A stretch of DNA of 64,000 nt. It comes from Ptychomitrium polyphyllum. Its lineage: Eukaryota. The stretch spans positions 14,818,001-14,882,000 of the forward strand of contig OZ316775.1 in NCBI GenBank assembly GCA_973851085.1, in the 5' to 3' direction. This document shows, one piece after another, positions 61,557 through 64,000 of the stretch. Made by a program: the position numbers and the translations under genes. Under the pieces are notes generated by a model. The model searched no databases. It saw nothing but the letters and a program-made list of their open reading frames with translations, and was not told the DNA's origin. Each line of letters opens with the position of its first letter. The stretch's first letter is position 1.

Positions 61557-61797
61557 CCTTCAATGGGCCCCACTTCAACCTCGATGCAGACTTCATAACA
61601 ATCGGAAAACCATCGGATCCTTCTAGAACGAAGGTCAGTCTGCAACATCACGCGTAGATTCATGACATGTGTATGGATCTCCTTCAATGGGCCCCTTTCA
61701 ATCCCGACGCAGAGGTTCTGAGAACTGAAAGATTACCAGATTCTACGTCTAGAGCGAAGGGAAGGTGGCAGGCATGAGGTTAGATTCGTGACATGGG
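61557..61797. repeat. Imperfect ~124-bp tandem duplication in the SDR promoter; each copy has a TGGGCCC (site II/TCP-like) motif
   Basis: CCTTCAATGGGCCCC at 61557 and 61681; TCTAGAxCGAAGG at 61622 and ~61748; TAGATTCxTGACATG at ~61654 and ~61780. Confidence 0.65.
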
Positions 61798-63034
61798 ATT
61801 GATCTTGGGCGAGTCGGAAGACTCGTGACATGGAGTTCAGTCGAGCTGCTGCATGGAAGCATTGATCAGCAAGCTGGGATGATTGACTCCATCAACCATG
61901 ACTCAAAGCGCGTCATTGACAAGGAAGAGAGTGCCTGACCTTTCTTGTTTTGGTGGTTGCATCATTCAACATAACTCATTGTTTAAGCAATCCAGGGAGA
62001 ATATCCACATCCTTTCGAAGAGATTCCTCCCATCGTGCCTGAAGATCAATCCCAACGCACCACTGCAGTACATCCATGTCATTGACGTGAGTCTTTTTCT
62101 AGAATTCCGACCAAGCGTTGTATCTGGTTCTTCCCTATCCTTGCTTGCAATTCTATAAACTTACCAACAAGGTAACCCGCTAATGAACCTCTTGGTGCCA
62201 GATTTCATTTTCGTTGAATCATCCAATGCAGGGCTTCAGACCAAGCAAACCTGGTTGAGATGGAATCTGAATCTGGTAGATGTTTGGTTCTCATTGATCC
62301 ATGTAGAAGTGAGATTGGCTTGGTCTTCCACTCTAGGCACGCATTCTCACATAACAACCGCTCTAGCTCATATCTCCACCGAGCTGCTGCCGTCCAAGCT
62401 GCTTGCATAGCATGACCAATCCATACAAAAGTTACTTGCCAATTGCAGGCTTATATAGCTCAAAATCCTGGAAGTTGAAACTATCTTGGTACGGTTGGAT
62501 TCAATGCATACCAGTGAGGCTGTTTCCGTGATTGGACCAAGCTCAGTGAATCACCGCCACTATGTACCGTATTCGAGAATAGTCTTCACGCATGTGTTGA
62601 TTATAAACTCGGTCTTATTTGGATTACCCCCTCGGGCCTTTTTGGACCACCGTGACCTTTTCTTTTGCATTCTTTGGGCCCAAATGGTGTGACAAGCACA
62701 AAAATGACCCTTTCTCAAGGGGCTTGCTTGGATTCTGGCTCCCCTTCCCACCTGGCAACATGATCACTTCAAGTTTGGGCTCCATAAGCTAGTATACATC
62801 ATCACCTTCCTGACTCATGAATTGAGTATTCAGCACCTCACTTCTGGGACTGTCTTCTGGGACTTCTGAACATGAACTAGGTTAAATTATTCCCAGTGGA
62901 TTCTGAGATATCGACAAGAGAGGTGACCCCATTAAAATCCTCCGTACAATTATAAGGCTGCACTGCAAGTTGCAACCTAGCATCCACTTCCAGTCGTTTA
63001 CTTTTATATTCAAGTTTATCTGAAATGGAATGTT

Positions 63035-63116
63035 CTTTTCTGATCTGGAGTTGGAGGGGTTATATTGATAATCATCTTTTCTGATCTGAAATTGGAGGGG
63101 TTACATGGATAATCAT
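63035..63116. repeat. Two-copy ~42-bp tandem duplication
   Basis: TTTTCTGATCTG..TTGGAGGGGTTA.AT.GATAATCAT appears twice. Confidence 0.75.
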
Positions 63117-64000
63117 GTACTTCCCTGCTTTTCTGTTGATTAATACTGCTATGTTAAAATCTTGAAAAGAAGTTTGAAATACCCTTTGGATCAATGGTTG
63201 AAAATGGTAACTTAGAATAATTTTCATTGGTTTGGGCTTTTAAGAAATTAGGCAGTAAATGTGGCATGTGCTCTTGTATTAGAGAAAAAACCATATTAAA
63301 ATCTTTGTTGAATCTTTTTTGAAACAGAGGCTAGATTTCAATACTAATGCAAGGGTAGCCAAACACAACAATCCAAGTCACCCAAGGTGGGCTACTAGTG
63401 AAGTTCCTGAAGGATGTTGAATCTTCTTTTTTAAAAGGTACTTCTTTCCGTTATTCTAGGACGCTATGATTCAATACTTAAGTCTAAATTGTAGGAGTGG
63501 ATTTATAAGCTTAGAAAAGTACAGGTTGGAACATGAGCTGAGGCTTGAGCTGCCCCACTGCTGGACGTGGATTTCAGAGATTGCGGATTTGCCTTTGGTT
63601 GGTGATGAAGTTGGCCGGGTGATCACTGCAGCTGGTGGGGGTCGGAACCTGGGAGGTGGACCGGGTGACGCACAAACCTCGTTAGCTGTCAGTAATGGCA
63701 AGGACCCTTGTCCACCAGGTGTTACCCCACAGTCTGACCTCGGGAGTTGCTCCTTCTCCTTGAGTCGTACATTGTAATTCAATCAACAGTACTGGTTATG
63801 ATCTCCTGATGTCATGGATCTCATGGATACCTCAGAAAAAAGGGAGCATGGATGACAGATGAAATTTTTTAACGTGGTAGCATGAAATCAGCAGAGGGAA
63901 AAAAGGGTCTGTGAACAGTAAACTGTATGTTCAAGATAGTTGGTGGCACTACTCCCAAGGGAGGTGGTGCTATTTGTGTTTAAGCTAAATCATTGCAGAC

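Noticed and set aside
61900..63000. Possible further F-box/kelch relic upstream of the SDR
   Set aside because: Only faint motif echoes and no recognisable F-box, so it is not listed as a feature.

Overview
This is eukaryotic land-plant nuclear DNA, most likely a moss. That is inferred from the GT-AG spliced genes, plant gene families and a fungal-type chromovirus; the species cannot be read from the sequence. There are eight intact protein genes. Three have intronless CDSs: UTP11, a U-box/ARM E3 ligase (PUB) and CCT8. Five are spliced: mitochondrial pyruvate dehydrogenase E2, a UBA-domain rhomboid-like UBAC2, a secreted SURNod19-family protein, a NOSIP/CSU1-like RING E3, and a NOL/NYC1-like SDR with an atypical active site. 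Several decayed F-box/kelch-like and kinase-like relics lie on the minus strand. A retrotransposon island at about 38.6-50.8 kb holds three solo LTRs of two families and one full-length Ty3/gypsy chromovirus (44034-50829); a fourth solo LTR lies at 8341-8744. That element is the most interesting part. Its PBS matches its own predicted 5' end rather than a tRNA (Tf1-type self-priming). It has a -1 frameshift signal followed by a probable pseudoknot, heat-shock elements in U3, and an intact unknown 152-aa ORF between pol and the PPT. Its LTRs are identical except for the last 22 bp, although the interior is decayed and there is no TSD. The SURNod19 protein carries a complete PHM/DBM-like copper ligand set. 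All calls were made by eye, with no database searches.
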